From assembly GCF_006345805.1 (NCBI RefSeq), contig NC_042998.1, positions 137,950,001 to 138,014,000 of the forward strand: a stretch of DNA of 64,000 nt, written 5' to 3'. Source of the DNA: Octopus sinensis. Taxonomy: Eukaryota. Positions 1-11,991 of the stretch are shown here, in pieces; positions within the stretch are counted from its first letter, which is position 1, and every line of letters begins with the position of its first letter. Under the pieces are notes generated by a model, which saw only the letters and a program-made list of their open reading frames with translations, had not been told where the DNA came from and ran no database searches. A program made the position numbers and the translations under genes.

Positions 1-160
1 CACGCGCACGCACACACACGTACGCACACACACACACGCACGCACACACACCACGCACACCCACACACACGCACATATACACACACACATATATATATAC
101 ACAGACACTTATATACTTACACACAAGCACACACACATATGTATGAATGTATGTATGTGT

Positions 161-524
161 GGAGGCGTAGAAGCCCAGTGTTTAGGGTAGCAGATTCGCG
201 GTCGTAGGATCGCAGTTTCGGTTCCCAGACCGGGCGTTGTGTTTATTGAGCGAAAGCATCTAAAGCTCCACGAGACTCCGGCAGGGGGCGGTTGCGAACC
301 CTGCTATATTTTTTCACCACTACTTTCTTCCTGTTTCTGTGGTATCTGTATTTCAAAGGGCCAGCCATGTCAAACTCTGTATCACGCTGAATCTCCCCCG
401 AGAACTACGTTAAGGGTATGCGTGTCTGTGGAGTGCTCAGCCACTTGCACGTTAATTTCATGAGCAGGCTGTTCCGTTGATCGGATCAACTGGAACCCTC
501 GTCGTCGTAACCGACGGAGTGCCA
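161..524 (+). mobile_element. tRNA-derived SINE (family A)
   Basis: tRNA-like head with A/B-box-like motifs; tail ...ctggaaccctcgtcgtcgtaaccgacggagtgcc recurs at 16303-16610, 17955-18065 and 44202-44507. Confidence 0.8.
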
Positions 525-609
525 CAAATTCTGTGTATGTATGTATACATATACAAACAAACGTTATAAACACAAGCGCACATAAACTGACCTGCGTGTA
601 GACATGCTT

Positions 610-1439
610 GGGATCTTTTCTTTTTGTACGGCAGTTTGTAACATAATTTCTAGGTAACTAAAAAATTTTAAACTTCGTATACTGGTAGAATGTGTTTATA
701 AAACATCATTTTCTCTTGGCTTTATTGAGAAAATTCTATAGGTTGTAACATATTTCGTTTAAAATTTCTTGCATTTCGGCAATTTTAACCAATCAATTAC
801 CTCCATTGACGTAAATAACATTCTGTGCATAATAAACATGTCCCTCGTTTAAGAAACAGATTGGGTTTATTTACATTTGTGAAAAAAAAAGATACCCTTC
901 ACCCACCCCTAACCCTAACCCAAACTAGCCCTAAATCTAAAATAGATTGAAATGCAATAGATCGATACAAGGGTTATAATTATGGGTGACAATTTCATAC
1001 GACACCGCTATAAAAAACTTAGCGGTGTCGTATGAAATTGTCACCCATAATTATAACCCTTGTATCGATCTATTGCATTTCAATCTATTTTAGATTTAGG
1101 GTTAGAGTTAGGGTTAGGGGTGGGTTAGGGTTAGGGTTAGGAGTGGGTGAAGGGTATCTTTTTTCTTCACAAATGTAAATAAACCCAATCTGTTTCTTAA
1201 ACGAGGGACATATTCATTAGTCACAGAATGTTATTTACGTCAATGGAGGTAATTGATTGGTTAAAATTGCCGAAATGCAAGAAATTTTAAACGAAATATT
1301 TTACAACCTATAGAATTTTCTCAATAAAGCCAAGAGAAAATGATGTTTTATAAACACATTCTACCAGTATACGAAGTTTAAAATTTTTTAGTTACCTAGA
1401 AATTATGTTACAAACTGCCGTTCAAAAAGAATAGATCCC
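610..1439. mobile_element. 830-bp palindromic (foldback) MITE derivative with 6-bp TSD ATGCTT
   Basis: Arms 610-1010 and 1020-1439 are reverse complements around a 9-nt spacer; GGGATC...GATCCC ends; ATGCTT on both flanks; internal TAACCC/TTAGGG repeats. Confidence 0.9.
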
Positions 1440-1700
1440 ATGCTTGCCTACATATACATAGATTCAAACACGTGCGTGTACCCACATAAAAACGCACTAA
1501 CACACAAAGGCACGTGCAAATAAATTTACAAATATATGCTTGTAAATGTTAACAAACGTTAATATCGTTGTTCATCTTTTTAACGAAGCGCTGATCACCG
1601 TGCTTGTGCAAACATGCATACTCACAAACGTTCGGGCACATTTGTGCAAATAACTTTCTCTTCTGCTGTTTCTGTCTGCACTTTACCTTTGTTAGACATC

Positions 1701-1734
1701 ATGGCTAACATTTTAATATCCACCGTCATCATAC
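1701..1734 (+). CDS. S1A serine protease, probable exon 1 (short signal peptide MANILISTVII)
   Basis: ATG GCT in good context, hydrophobic codons, then donor GTAACT in phase 1, matching the phase of the exon at 4229. Joined CDS is 801 nt with no internal stop. An intervening small exon cannot be excluded. Confidence 0.5.
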
Positions 1735-2299
1735 GTAACTGGATTTTTTTTGTTCTACATGAAACTCCTTTATGAGTAATGGATTCGTTGGATTAACTTC
1801 TGAAGTAAAGCTGTATAAAGCTAAATACGAAATGAAACTAAAAACTGAAAATAAATTCTAAATTCAAGTCCTTTCACATTTAGTTTTTATTTCTTGCAAA
1901 TTATTAAAATTCTTGGACGTATTCATGTTTTTTGAATATTCTATTGTTTGTGTTAGCTCGTATTTAAAAATAATTTTTGACTACTAGTGCAGTAGTAGTA
2001 AGGAATGCTTATCCAGAACATCGGTGGTTCAATTCATATAACAAGACCACTAACAGTAACTATTTTCTTTAAAAAAAAAACAAAAAAACAACAAGCTGCA
2101 GTTTTAGTGGCATATTTTTGTTGTTATACTCAGGACTCTGATCTTCCTGACATAGTTCGAACATATAAATGTCATAGATACAAATCCAAATTCCTTTGTA
2201 GTGCAAAGATGGCTTTCACGATCACTAGTTTTCAAGCTGTTTTGATTGTTTTTTTTTTCACGCACTTCCTAAGACCATACTGACGGGAAAAAAAGCAAT

Positions 2300-2830
2300 T
2301 ATCCTTACCACATGGTTTCGGGTTCAGTCCCATTGCGTAGCACCTTGGGCAAATGTCTTCTTCTATAGCCTCGGGCCGAACAAAGCCTTGTAAACGGATT
2401 TGGTAGACGGAAACTGATATTGGTGTGTTTACGTCTCTGTAACTTGGCGGGTCGGCAAAAACTTACGATAGGATAAGGCGGCGAGCTGGCAGAAACGTTA
2501 GCACTCCGGGCGAGATGCGTAGCCGTATTTCGTCTGCCGTTACGTTCTGGGTTCAAATTCCGCCGAGGTCGACTTTGCTTTTCATCCTCTCGGGGTCGAT
2601 TAAATAAGTACCAGTTACGCACTGGGGTCGATGTAATCGACTTAATCTGTTTGTCTGTCCTTGTTTGTCCCCTCTGTGCGTAGCCCCTTGTGGGTAGTAA
2701 AGAAATAAAAACGTACGATAGGATAAGTACTAGGCTAAAAAAATAAATCCTGGGGTCAATTTGTTCGACTAAAACCCTTCAAGGCGGTGCTCCAACATGT
2801 CCGCAGTCAAATGACTGAAACAAGGAAAAG
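2300..2830 (+). mobile_element. SINE family B with a family C SINE nested inside (2477-2706)
   Basis: Nested copy flanked by a ~20-bp TSD aaaaac(t/g)tacgataggataa. Confidence 0.85.
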
Positions 2831-3634
2831 AATAAAAAAGGTGTAAGAATAAACGCTAGCAAGCGAAGGGCTACATAACATTTTTTCTATACTGCGAGGA
2901 TAACGTAGAGAAGTTAGCTAGGCATCTGTAGAAGATAGCGTTATTTTCCTGACAACAAAAAACAAAACAAAAGCCTAGAACAAAACAAAAAAATCTTTTA
3001 AGCAATAAATACATATCTAACAAAAACAATATGAAAAGCGAGCATCGTGAGCGATCCACTCGTAAAGAAATAACAGTCTCAACATAGTTTGTATGTAATA
3101 TTTATTTGTAAATAAAAATCGTTATAAATTAACGACATAAATACACGCTTTACATATTAACGTTAACAGTTCATTCTAATAATGTATAACGTGTGGCGGT
3201 GTGAGAAGTGTGTTTACACATATATGCATACGTATATGCAAACACATAAACACACATCTATCTATATATAAATGTATGTATATACACACACATACACATA
3301 TATGTGCATACAAACGTATATACGTGAAAATACACATACACATACACACATACATGCATACGTACATACATACATATATGTGTGTGACTGTTGGCTGAGT
3401 ATAACATATGTTTACAATTAAGAAAAAAAATTTCTATAAAGTAGAAACTTAAAATTAATACCCTAGATAGAAAATGTAAACCTATTAATATTAAAATGTT
3501 GAAGCAAGTCTGAAAGTCTGACATGTAACATACACAAAGTATATATACAAAGTATGTGCTGATAGGTATAATAAAGTCATTATTTATATCTATCTGTCTG
3601 TCTGTCCACTTGTCTGTCTGCCTGTGCTGAAATG

Positions 3635-3688
<54 letters not shown>

Positions 3689-4043
3689 TTACATGTATGC
3701 GTGTGTAAAAATGTCATAATCTTGTACAATCATGTTTAATACGTTCGTGTACACTCTACACTCAGATGTAGAAGACCTGTCGCTGCGGAAATAGTCCTGG
3801 GAGAAAAAATCTCACAGACGATATGTGTAATAACACTTTGTCCGGTACACATGCATAGTGTATGTGTTTTGCTTATATGCCAAATTTAGTGCGGGATAGT
3901 GTCCTCGGAAAGCCCTACACGACGCTGAGTGTTAAAGAACACCGAATGTCCCAGATCAGGAGAAAATATGTATTATTTTCTTTATTATTTTCTTTGTCTA
4001 TGCATGCATGCTTAAATATCTTCCGTGTGTGAGCATATATGTA

Positions 4044-4157
<114 letters not shown>

Positions 4158-4228
4158 AGAACAATGCATTCTTCTTAAGACTGATTATGAAATTAAAAAT
4201 ATGCAATGTTTTTCAATCTTTTTCTCAG

Positions 4229-4415
4229 ACTCCGATTGGTTTCAGTGTGAACCTCGTGTTTCTTCTTATATTGTTGGTGGTCTGGCTGCGACCGACGGAC
4301 AGTGGCCATGGCAAGTTATGCTCAAAGGGAAACTGAACTCTAGCCATACAACCCAATGTGGTGGAGTACTCATTAGTCCTAAATGGATCCTTACGGCTGC
4401 ACATTGCGTTTACAG
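4229..4415 (+). CDS. S1A serine protease exon 2 (propeptide, IVGG N-terminus, TAAHC with catalytic His)
   Basis: tttctcAG acceptor; translates [29 protein letters not shown]...[19 protein letters not shown]; GTAAAA donor; His57 codon 4402-4404. Confidence 0.96.
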
Positions 4416-4654
4416 GTAAAACAAATTCCCCTTATCAATTTTATTTAACTGTTATATCTATAAAACTCCCAAGAAATAAGTACACTTTCTTGAAAACGTA
4501 TCTTATTTTTTATCTTAGAAAGTTAGAAAACGATTAGTATTTCTTTTTAGTTCTGTTGAATGAGTACCCACAGAAGAATTTCAAAAAAATCTTTCGTAAT
4601 CTGGTACACGCAATTAAAGAACTATTAAATCAAAATAGTCATCTATGTATCATA

Positions 4655-5470
4655 CTTAATGTATATACACCGTCAACAAGCAAGATACTGCGGTTTTCGT
4701 CAGAGATAAAATCTCTTATAGACATGCTGTGTTAAAAACATGATATATATCGGAGGGACTTGAAAAATCGTCCCGCAGTAGCTAATGAGAAAAATCTAGT
4801 GGCATTTTGGCCTTCTTAGGCATTGTTAATGACGTGTACTCGCAGCTACATGCCTAGAAGAGATTAGTTGCCTCCAAAATCTAGGAAACATTGAAGAATA
4901 CATTCACTGATATTGCGAATAGCAGCCAGGCTGAATAAATAATCCAGTATATGCAAAGGAAGCAATGTTAATTCAAATAGCAATGGTCTATATATCATAC
5001 TTTATGTATATATACTGCTGACAGGCAATATACCACAGTGTTCGCTGAGATAAAAATCTCTTGCAGACGTGCTGTGTTAAAAATACAATATATATAAGTG
5101 TGAAACGAAAAATCGTACAGGTAGCAAATAGCGAGTATGCTAGATAGGTTTCAACCTTCTTGGACCTTACTTGCAACCACATACCCAAACGAATTTTATT
5201 GCCTTCGCTGTTGGGCGACAATTCGCAACATCAGTGAATGTATTAGTTACTGTTTACTATATTTTTGAGGCAACAAGTTTTGTCTAGGCATGTGACTGTA
5301 AGTACACACCATTGACGAGGTTCAAGAAGGTCGAAATACATCTAGCGTTTTTGCTAACCACTGCTAGGATATATAAAATAGTATTTTTAACACAACTCAT
5401 TTATATGACATTTTATCTTAGCGAAAACTGCAGTAGCTTGCCTTTCAACAGTGTATATATGTTAAATAGA
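4655..5470. repeat. Degenerate inverted-repeat (foldback) element in protease intron 2
   Basis: aatacattcactgatattgcgaat (~4897-4920) vs attcgcaacatcagtgaatgtatt (5221-5244); arms extend ~250 bp; a third partial copy at ~5030-5170. Confidence 0.6.
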
Positions 5471-6898
5471 CTGCTTTTCTTTGTAACTTGTTCATGTTCG
5501 GCGTTCTTATCACTTAATCGTGAAGTGTTTTTGTCCTTATTGTAAGCTATGTTCAGTTTTAATACCTACACTGTCAGACTGAATATCATAGTGGAATCCG
5601 ATGCAGATGTATTTTCGTATTCTGCTTGCTTTGATGTTATTACGAACATCTACTAATTCATTCTGGGGATTTTAAGAGATTCAGAGTGTAACATCAATAA
5701 TTGAAGTTTAGATTTTATTTCAGTTTAGTGTTAGGTAAATTAGAAATGAATGGTCGGTATGTGTTTTACATTGCAGGATTGAACAAAAAGAAAGAAAAAA
5801 AAACTTTCAGACTGTGTGGATATAAAAAAATGTTAAATGTGGAAATTATTGTCAGCGAGCTGATAATATATCAATAAATACAGTGAACTGTCAATGAAGG
5901 GGGACTAGGTTCAATTTCCATTAGATTCTTGCTGTTTATTTATACACCACTTTATTACAAAAGAAGTTTACCGTTCAATTCTTGTTTAATTACTAAAAAG
6001 AAATAAAAGAGTGACATTTATTTTAAGGATTTCTTTTATTCATTAAGTACGAGCCAAAGAAAGTGTCGTTACTTAGTCACTCAACCTTTTAGAAATAGCA
6101 ACCCAATCTTCTTTGAAAAACACACTACAGGTTTAATAATAGCACATTGTTTGATGTAGTTCATGTTAAATTTCTTTTTTTTTATAACTTGTTGGATCTA
6201 GAGAAAAGGGCAGTGCTCATGACCTTTGCAGACCGGTAAGATTAACGCTATTAATGTTCCTCTGGAAACTTTGTTAGTAAACAACCGCGGAAGAGACATT
6301 AGCCAGGAGAGAATTCCAGGGGGATGATGTTCTGGAAGAGAAAGATTAGTAATAGTGATTAGTGTGGGTTCTGGTGGGATTGGACAGAATAAGGTTGATG
6401 AAAAAAAGGAAAGGCTACTGAGCTAGGAATCTCTGAGTGGAAAAGGCAAGTAGAGATCATTGTAGTAGTAGTGGGAGAAAAGACAAAGAATGGAAACAAC
6501 ATAATGTGGACGAGAATCTGGAACATATCTGTTAGTGACTTTATTTCAGCCAGTAGGGCGGCTCTTTTCTGGATGTGGTATAGGATGTTCGTGGGTGCAT
6601 CAGGCTTAGTGAATTAGTGAGTTGAAGAGACATTGGTTATCAGAGTTAAATTAGTTTAAGAGACCCAACGATAGGCTGAATAAAGTGCTATGATTCCCAA
6701 TTTCGCCAGCAGAAAAAAGGCTTTCTTAATGGTATGCGTTATATTATAAGGCATCCGTTGGGTAATGTTAATCATCACATCTGGGTAAAAGTTTTTTTGA
6801 GGAAGACTGTCGGTTGCCCACGTATGCCAGTCTCCCTTCTCCAGAAACGTTTGTGTTTATTCAAGAGAAAGGCTGCTGACTTGGATCACTACAGCTTG

Positions 6899-7313
6899 GG
6901 GATCTTTTCGGTTTGAACGGCAGTTTTTAACATAATTTCTAGGTAACTAAAAAATTTTAAACTTCGTATACTGGTAGAATGTGTTTATAAAACATCTTTT
7001 TCTCTTGGCTTTATTGAGAAAATTCTATAGTTTGTAAGATATTTGTTGTTGTTTTTCTTCAATTTCTGCAATTTCAACCAATCAGTGACGTCTATTGAGG
7101 TAAAAAACATTCGGTGCCGTATGAATATGTCCCTCGTTTAAGGAACAGATTGGGTTTATTTACATTTGTGAAGAAAAAAAGATACCCTTCCCTCACCCCT
7201 AACCCTAACTAACCCTAACCCTAAAAGAGATTGAAATGCAATAGATCGATTCTAGGGTGACAATTTCATACGACACCGCTAGAAAAAACGGCCGTTCAAA
7301 CCAAAAAGATCCC
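6899..7313. mobile_element. 415-bp MITE (monomer of the same family), ~23-30-bp TIR, 6-bp TSD AGCTTG
   Basis: GGGATCTTTTCGGTTTGAACGGC ... GCCGTTCAAACCAAAAAGATCCC; body matches the left arm of 610-1439. Confidence 0.9.
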
Positions 7314-8033
7314 AGCTTGGTATCAATGTCACCACAGCAGTTGCTGCCAGAAAGTAAGGAACCTGAAACGCATACAAGTGATCTCGCCAAAGACTCTAGC
7401 AGTGCCATCAATCCACAGCCCGAGACTGTTACTCATATTATCAATATGCTATATTAAATGAAGTGTAGTAGGTGCGTGGCCTACTGATTAGAGAATTGCT
7501 TAGACGACTGTGGGTTCAGTTCCCGGATTGGGTGGCGTGTTGTGTTCTTGAGCAAAACACTTCATTTCACATTGCTCTGCGGGTGAGAGAATAGCACAAT
7601 TGTTGGCTCGTCAGCTGCAATGCTTTACGGTATATCTTCCGGCTCTTTACATTCTGAGCTCAAATCCCACGTGTCTGGAGAAGGCAATGGGAAACCACTC
7701 TAATATTCATCTCAAGTCTTAGTCATGGTGACCGTAGTGCTAGTAATTTACTTAACCACAGCAGGTGAGGGTACGAGCCCTCCCAGATTGTATAGAGTGT
7801 GCTGGAGAAGGTTCACATGCACAGGATCCTGCTTAAATGCAGACCACTGTTAGGCTAGATTAAATAAGTGTAATTGTAAATAATAACTTTAGTTTAGGAC
7901 TCGATTTTCAGATAGGAAGCCAGTGAATAAATTCCTCGTTCCCTGCATCCCAAGTACCTTTAAAGAGACAAATGATAGACATAAGAGTTACTAATTCCGT
8001 AGTTCATTTGTACTCTGAGTAAGTTTGACCTTT

Positions 8034-8065
<32 letters not shown>

Positions 8066-8375
8066 TGTATTTCGTGTATCTGATATACTTTATATATTGA
8101 TCTAATTCGCTTATTCCTACATTTACATCTATATCCGCTCAAGCTTAAATCCATTGAGTACTACTAAGTGTATTCTATACAGAGAATATTTGATATCACC
8201 TATGAACTATGTATGTATGTATGTATGTATGTATGTATGTATGTATGTATGTATGTATGTATGTATGTATGTATGTATGTATGTATGTATGTATGTATGT
8301 ATGTGTATTTGTGTGTGTATGTATGTGTGCGTGTGTGTGTTCTTTCATTAAATTGAATTTTTTTTCTTTTTAAAG

Positions 8376-8481
8376 ACCGTCTCTTCGCAATGCTGGAGCC
8401 TGGACTGTTACACTGGGTGAATATCTTATTAATAAACCGTCAGGACACGAAAAAAATATAAAGCCGATCAGGATTATTAGG
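8376..8481 (+). CDS. S1A serine protease exon 3
   Basis: Polypyrimidine tract + taaAG; (R)PSLRNAGAWTVTLGEYLINKPSGHEKNIKPIRIIR; GTAAGC donor; phases 2/0 fit neighbours. Confidence 0.92.
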
Positions 8482-9237
8482 GTAAGCTGTAAATCAATTT
8501 AATTTGTATTTTATAGCTAATTACTATAACATGGGTATGCGGGTATTTGGAAGATATCTCACTGTGTGACGACCGTGCCCTGCATGGTTACGGACTGCCC
8601 TTTGGCAAGGCTAAACATTCGTTCAACCACCCTCTCAGGGCTACAGCAAAGTCATGGTACTGTAGCATGGCAGATTGTGAAGCGGTAGCGGAAGAGCTCA
8701 ACTGAGGTAACAGTGCTTCTTACATTTGATGCTGAACGGAGGAATCCTTGAAGATCAATGGGTAGGAACACCAAGCTCTATCAAGGCATCCACAGCGGTG
8801 GTGTCCACGGTTGAGTAATCAGCTAATGAAAGATTAACTATGACTCCATCTCCCAATTCAAATTCTTAATAATGAAATTGGATGGCGATAGAGGGTCATG
8901 GCAATATGCGAAATACTCTATAACACTTGAGATACATGGATGGTTGGTGGCAGAATCGGTAGATTACCGAATGATGTACCATGAGGTACTTATTCACCCC
9001 TATTCACGTCTTGGTTTCAAATTCTGACTGGATGAATTTTGAATTTCATTAATTCATCTTTGTTCGATAGCTCTTTTACCTTTCTATTTTTCATTTTTAT
9101 TTTTTATATTTTAGTTTCCGTCTTTTTGTTTTCCGTTTTCCGTCGTTTACTGTTTGAATTTTCTATATGCTGCATTCTCAGTTTTTTCGCGTTTCTTCTA
9201 TTATTCAATTTCTTCAGTTCGTTATGATAGGTGGTTT

Positions 9238-9290
9238 GCACCTGAAGAATATGTTTGAGTTTTCTCGACATATGTAACTATTAGTAGCGC
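9238..9290 (+). ncRNA. HHR-like motif with GTAA in place of GAAA, in a PLE-type terminal repeat (~9040-9320)
   Basis: gcac-CTGAAGA-atatgtttgag-tttt-ctcgacatat-GTAA-ctattag-TA-gcgc. Confidence 0.5.
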
Positions 9291-9345
9291 TTTAATACAT
9301 GCATTGTGACCTTTAAATAATATATATATATATATATATATATCT

Positions 9346-9654
9346 CCGTGACTCTCCGAGACCGACCAGGCCATCAGATGTTGTTACACATCGCTGGTCA
9401 CAATGCGCTTCGCATTGTTTTAAGCTTCAAATGACGCCACCCCGCTGGCTAAGCGAGCAGGCCAACAGAAGAAAGAGTGAGAGAAAGTTGTGGCGAAAGA
9501 GTACAGCAGGGATCGCCACCACCCCCTGCCGGAGCCTCGTGGAGCTTTAGGTGTTTTCGCTCAATAAACACTCACAACGCCCGGTCTGGGAATCGAAACC
9601 GCGATCCTACGACCGCGAGTCCGCTGCCCTAACCACTAGGCCATTGCACCTCCA
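9346..9654 (-). mobile_element. tRNA-derived SINE: family A head with a different LINE-like tail
   Basis: Head matches 161-330; tail matches the solo fragment at 50700-50810. Confidence 0.8.
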
Positions 9655-9655
9655 C

Positions 9656-9740
<85 letters not shown>

Positions 9741-10716
9741 CAGGGGTTGGGCAAAATAATGGAAACACCTTAAAATATCAAGCAAATTAATTTTATTATG
9801 GGGTAGGACTGCTTTTGGCGGTAATTACAGCTTGAATTCTATGAGGTATAGACTCGTACAAAGTTTGAATTGTTTCCAAAGGAATTTTTGTTCATTCTTC
9901 AGCTAAAATAGTCTCTAGGTCTTGTAGTGATGGTGGTGGAGGATATTGACTCCTGACTATTTTTTCTAAAATGTACCATAAATATTCAATAATATATTCA
10001 ATAATATTGAGATCTGGAGACTGTAGTAGCCAGATAAGATGTACAACTAGAATGTTCCTCGTGCCGTTCACTAACAACTTTAGCTGTGTGAATTGGTGCA
10101 TTCTCATCCTGAAAGATTGCGTTTCCCTCCAGAAACAGTTCCGCAACAATAGGATGAATTTGATCAGATATAAAATGCTTAAATAGTTTTGACTATTAAT
10201 TCTGCCACGAAGGGAAACCATTGGGCTGGTGGATTTCCAAGACATAGCCCCACCTCCCAGATCATCACAGATCATCCTCCATGTTTAACAGTTGGAAGAA
10301 GGCAATCTGGGTCAAATGCTTCTTTTGGCTGTCTCCACACGTATACTCGGCCGGTGGTCGGAAATAAGGTAAAGGATCCGAGGAAATAACATTCTTCCAC
10401 TGCTCTAGGGACCAATTCTCTAGGTTTTTTACTCCACTCTAAAAGCATTGCAATGTTTGTTTTTGAAAATAGTGGTTTTCTTATTGCAGCCCTCCCATGA
10501 AATCCGGCATTGTGCAGCTCCCAGTGAACAGTTTTTGAGGAAACTGGGTTCTCGAGGTGGTCTTTAAGCTCTGCAGTAATTTTGGGAGCTGTACTTTTGT
10601 GATCTTTTCTAACAATTCGCATAAGAGTCCAACGGTCCCTATCTGAAAGTTTTGGTCTTCTTCCGGAGTTTTATTTCGACTAAATGGGTTTTTCCCTCAT
10701 TCTCAAAGGCTATCAT
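9741..10716 (-). mobile_element. Tc1-like (DD34E-type) transposon, 3' half, frameshifted
   Basis: TA-CAGGGGTTGGGCAAAATAATGGAAACACC TIR; transposase pieces ...VYVWRQPKEAFDPDCLLPTVKHGG / QSPDLNIIE..LW. Confidence 0.9.
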
Positions 10717-11017
10717 ATATGTCCTGAACCGTTAATGTTCGGGGACTTAAATACACCGACATCGGTTGTCAAGCGATGGTGTGTGTGTGTGTGTGTGTGT
10801 GTGGACAAACAGACTGAAACACACACATGCACTCACATATATACATAAATACTACGGGCTTCTTTCAGTTTCCGTCTACCAAATTGACTCACAGTGGTTT
10901 GGTCGGCCTGAGACTTCTTACCACACACCCACGCCTGTATGTATACTGTTTAAGACATGATTATCTCAAAATTGTCTTAGAGCAAGACAAGAAGTATATT
11001 ATGAAAGATTAATTGAC

Positions 11018-11121
<104 letters not shown>

Positions 11122-11123
11122 AT

Positions 11124-11166
<43 letters not shown>

Positions 11167-11310
11167 TATATGACCGTTAGACGATATACCACAATCCCCT
11201 ATTTTGTCGGGTTTGTTCGGAGTCTGCGCAGTGTTTTGAATAGTTTAGAAAGAGCATTTCGATAGACGCACATGGATCTATTGGTATGGTCTTTCCATCA
11301 TTAACAGGAA

Positions 11311-11383
11311 TCTTACTGAAGAGCCAGCCTGAGTAAATAAATACTATTTTTATTACTGAATTTGGCGAAACTGCGGTATAAGA
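11311..11383 (+). ncRNA. Minimal type I hammerhead ribozyme, copy 1 (intact core)
   Basis: tctta-CTGAAGA-gcca...tggc-GAAA-ctgcgg-TA-taaga: stem I 5 bp, stem II gcca/tggc plus an AT-rich extension, near-palindromic stem III ACTGCGGT, GUA cleavage triplet (cut after 11378). Confidence 0.8.
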
Positions 11384-11713
11384 AAAGTTAAGTTTGTAAA
11401 AGTTTTAATTCTCATCTCACTAAATTTATCCAGCTATTGTGTATCTAGTACACTCTTCGCCTTGAATGTAATGATATATGTATAATATATGGCGTGTACT
11501 GGTACACCGGCGATTATAATTAATTTTATTGTATCGCATTTATCTTTGTTTACATATTCTCTCGATAAATTTCTGACCGTTAGACGATATACCACAATCC
11601 CCTATTTTGTCGGGTTTGTTCGGAGTCTGCGCAGTGTTTTGAATAGTTTAGAAAGAGCATTTCGATAGACGCACATGGATCTATTGGTATGGTCTTTCCA
11701 TCATTAACAGGAA

Positions 11714-11786
11714 TCTTACTGAAGAGCCAGCCTGAGTAAATAAATACTATTTTTATTACTGAATTTGGCGAAACTGCGGTATAAGA
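11714..11786 (+). ncRNA. Minimal type I hammerhead ribozyme, copy 2 (intact core)
   Basis: Same sequence as 11311-11383, 403 nt downstream; predicted cut after 11781. Confidence 0.8.
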
Positions 11787-11950
11787 AAAGTTAAGTTTGT
11801 AAAAGTTTTAATTCTCATCTCACTAAATTTATCCAGCTATTGTGTATCTAGTACACTCTTCGCCTTGAATGTAATGATATATGTATAATATATGGCGTGT
11901 ACTGGTACACCGGCGATTATAATTAATTTTATTGTATCGCATTTATCTTT

Positions 11951-11989
<39 letters not shown>

Positions 11990-11991
<2 letters not shown>

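Larger units (their letters stand above)
11171..11955 (+). mobile_element. Tandem 403-bp HHR-bearing repeat (retrozyme-like or PLE pseudo-LTR dimer)
   Basis: 11171-11552 and 11574-11955 appear identical, with a 21-nt linker; flanked by (TA)n on both sides. Confidence 0.75.

Noticed and set aside
161-240. tRNA-like sequences here and at other SINE heads as tRNA genes
   Set aside because: They run straight into SINE bodies and lack a complete cloverleaf.
905-1145. TAACCC/TTAGGG repeats as a chromosome end or fusion site
   Set aside because: Short, degenerate and internal to a MITE that recurs at 6899-7313.
6180-6890. Purine-biased block resembling an antisense LINE endonuclease/RT remnant
   Set aside because: No continuous reading frame or diagnostic motif I can state with confidence.
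11171-11955. Tandem repeats (here and at 16962-17041) as a CRISPR-like array
   Set aside because: Eukaryotic context, no unique spacers, no cas genes.
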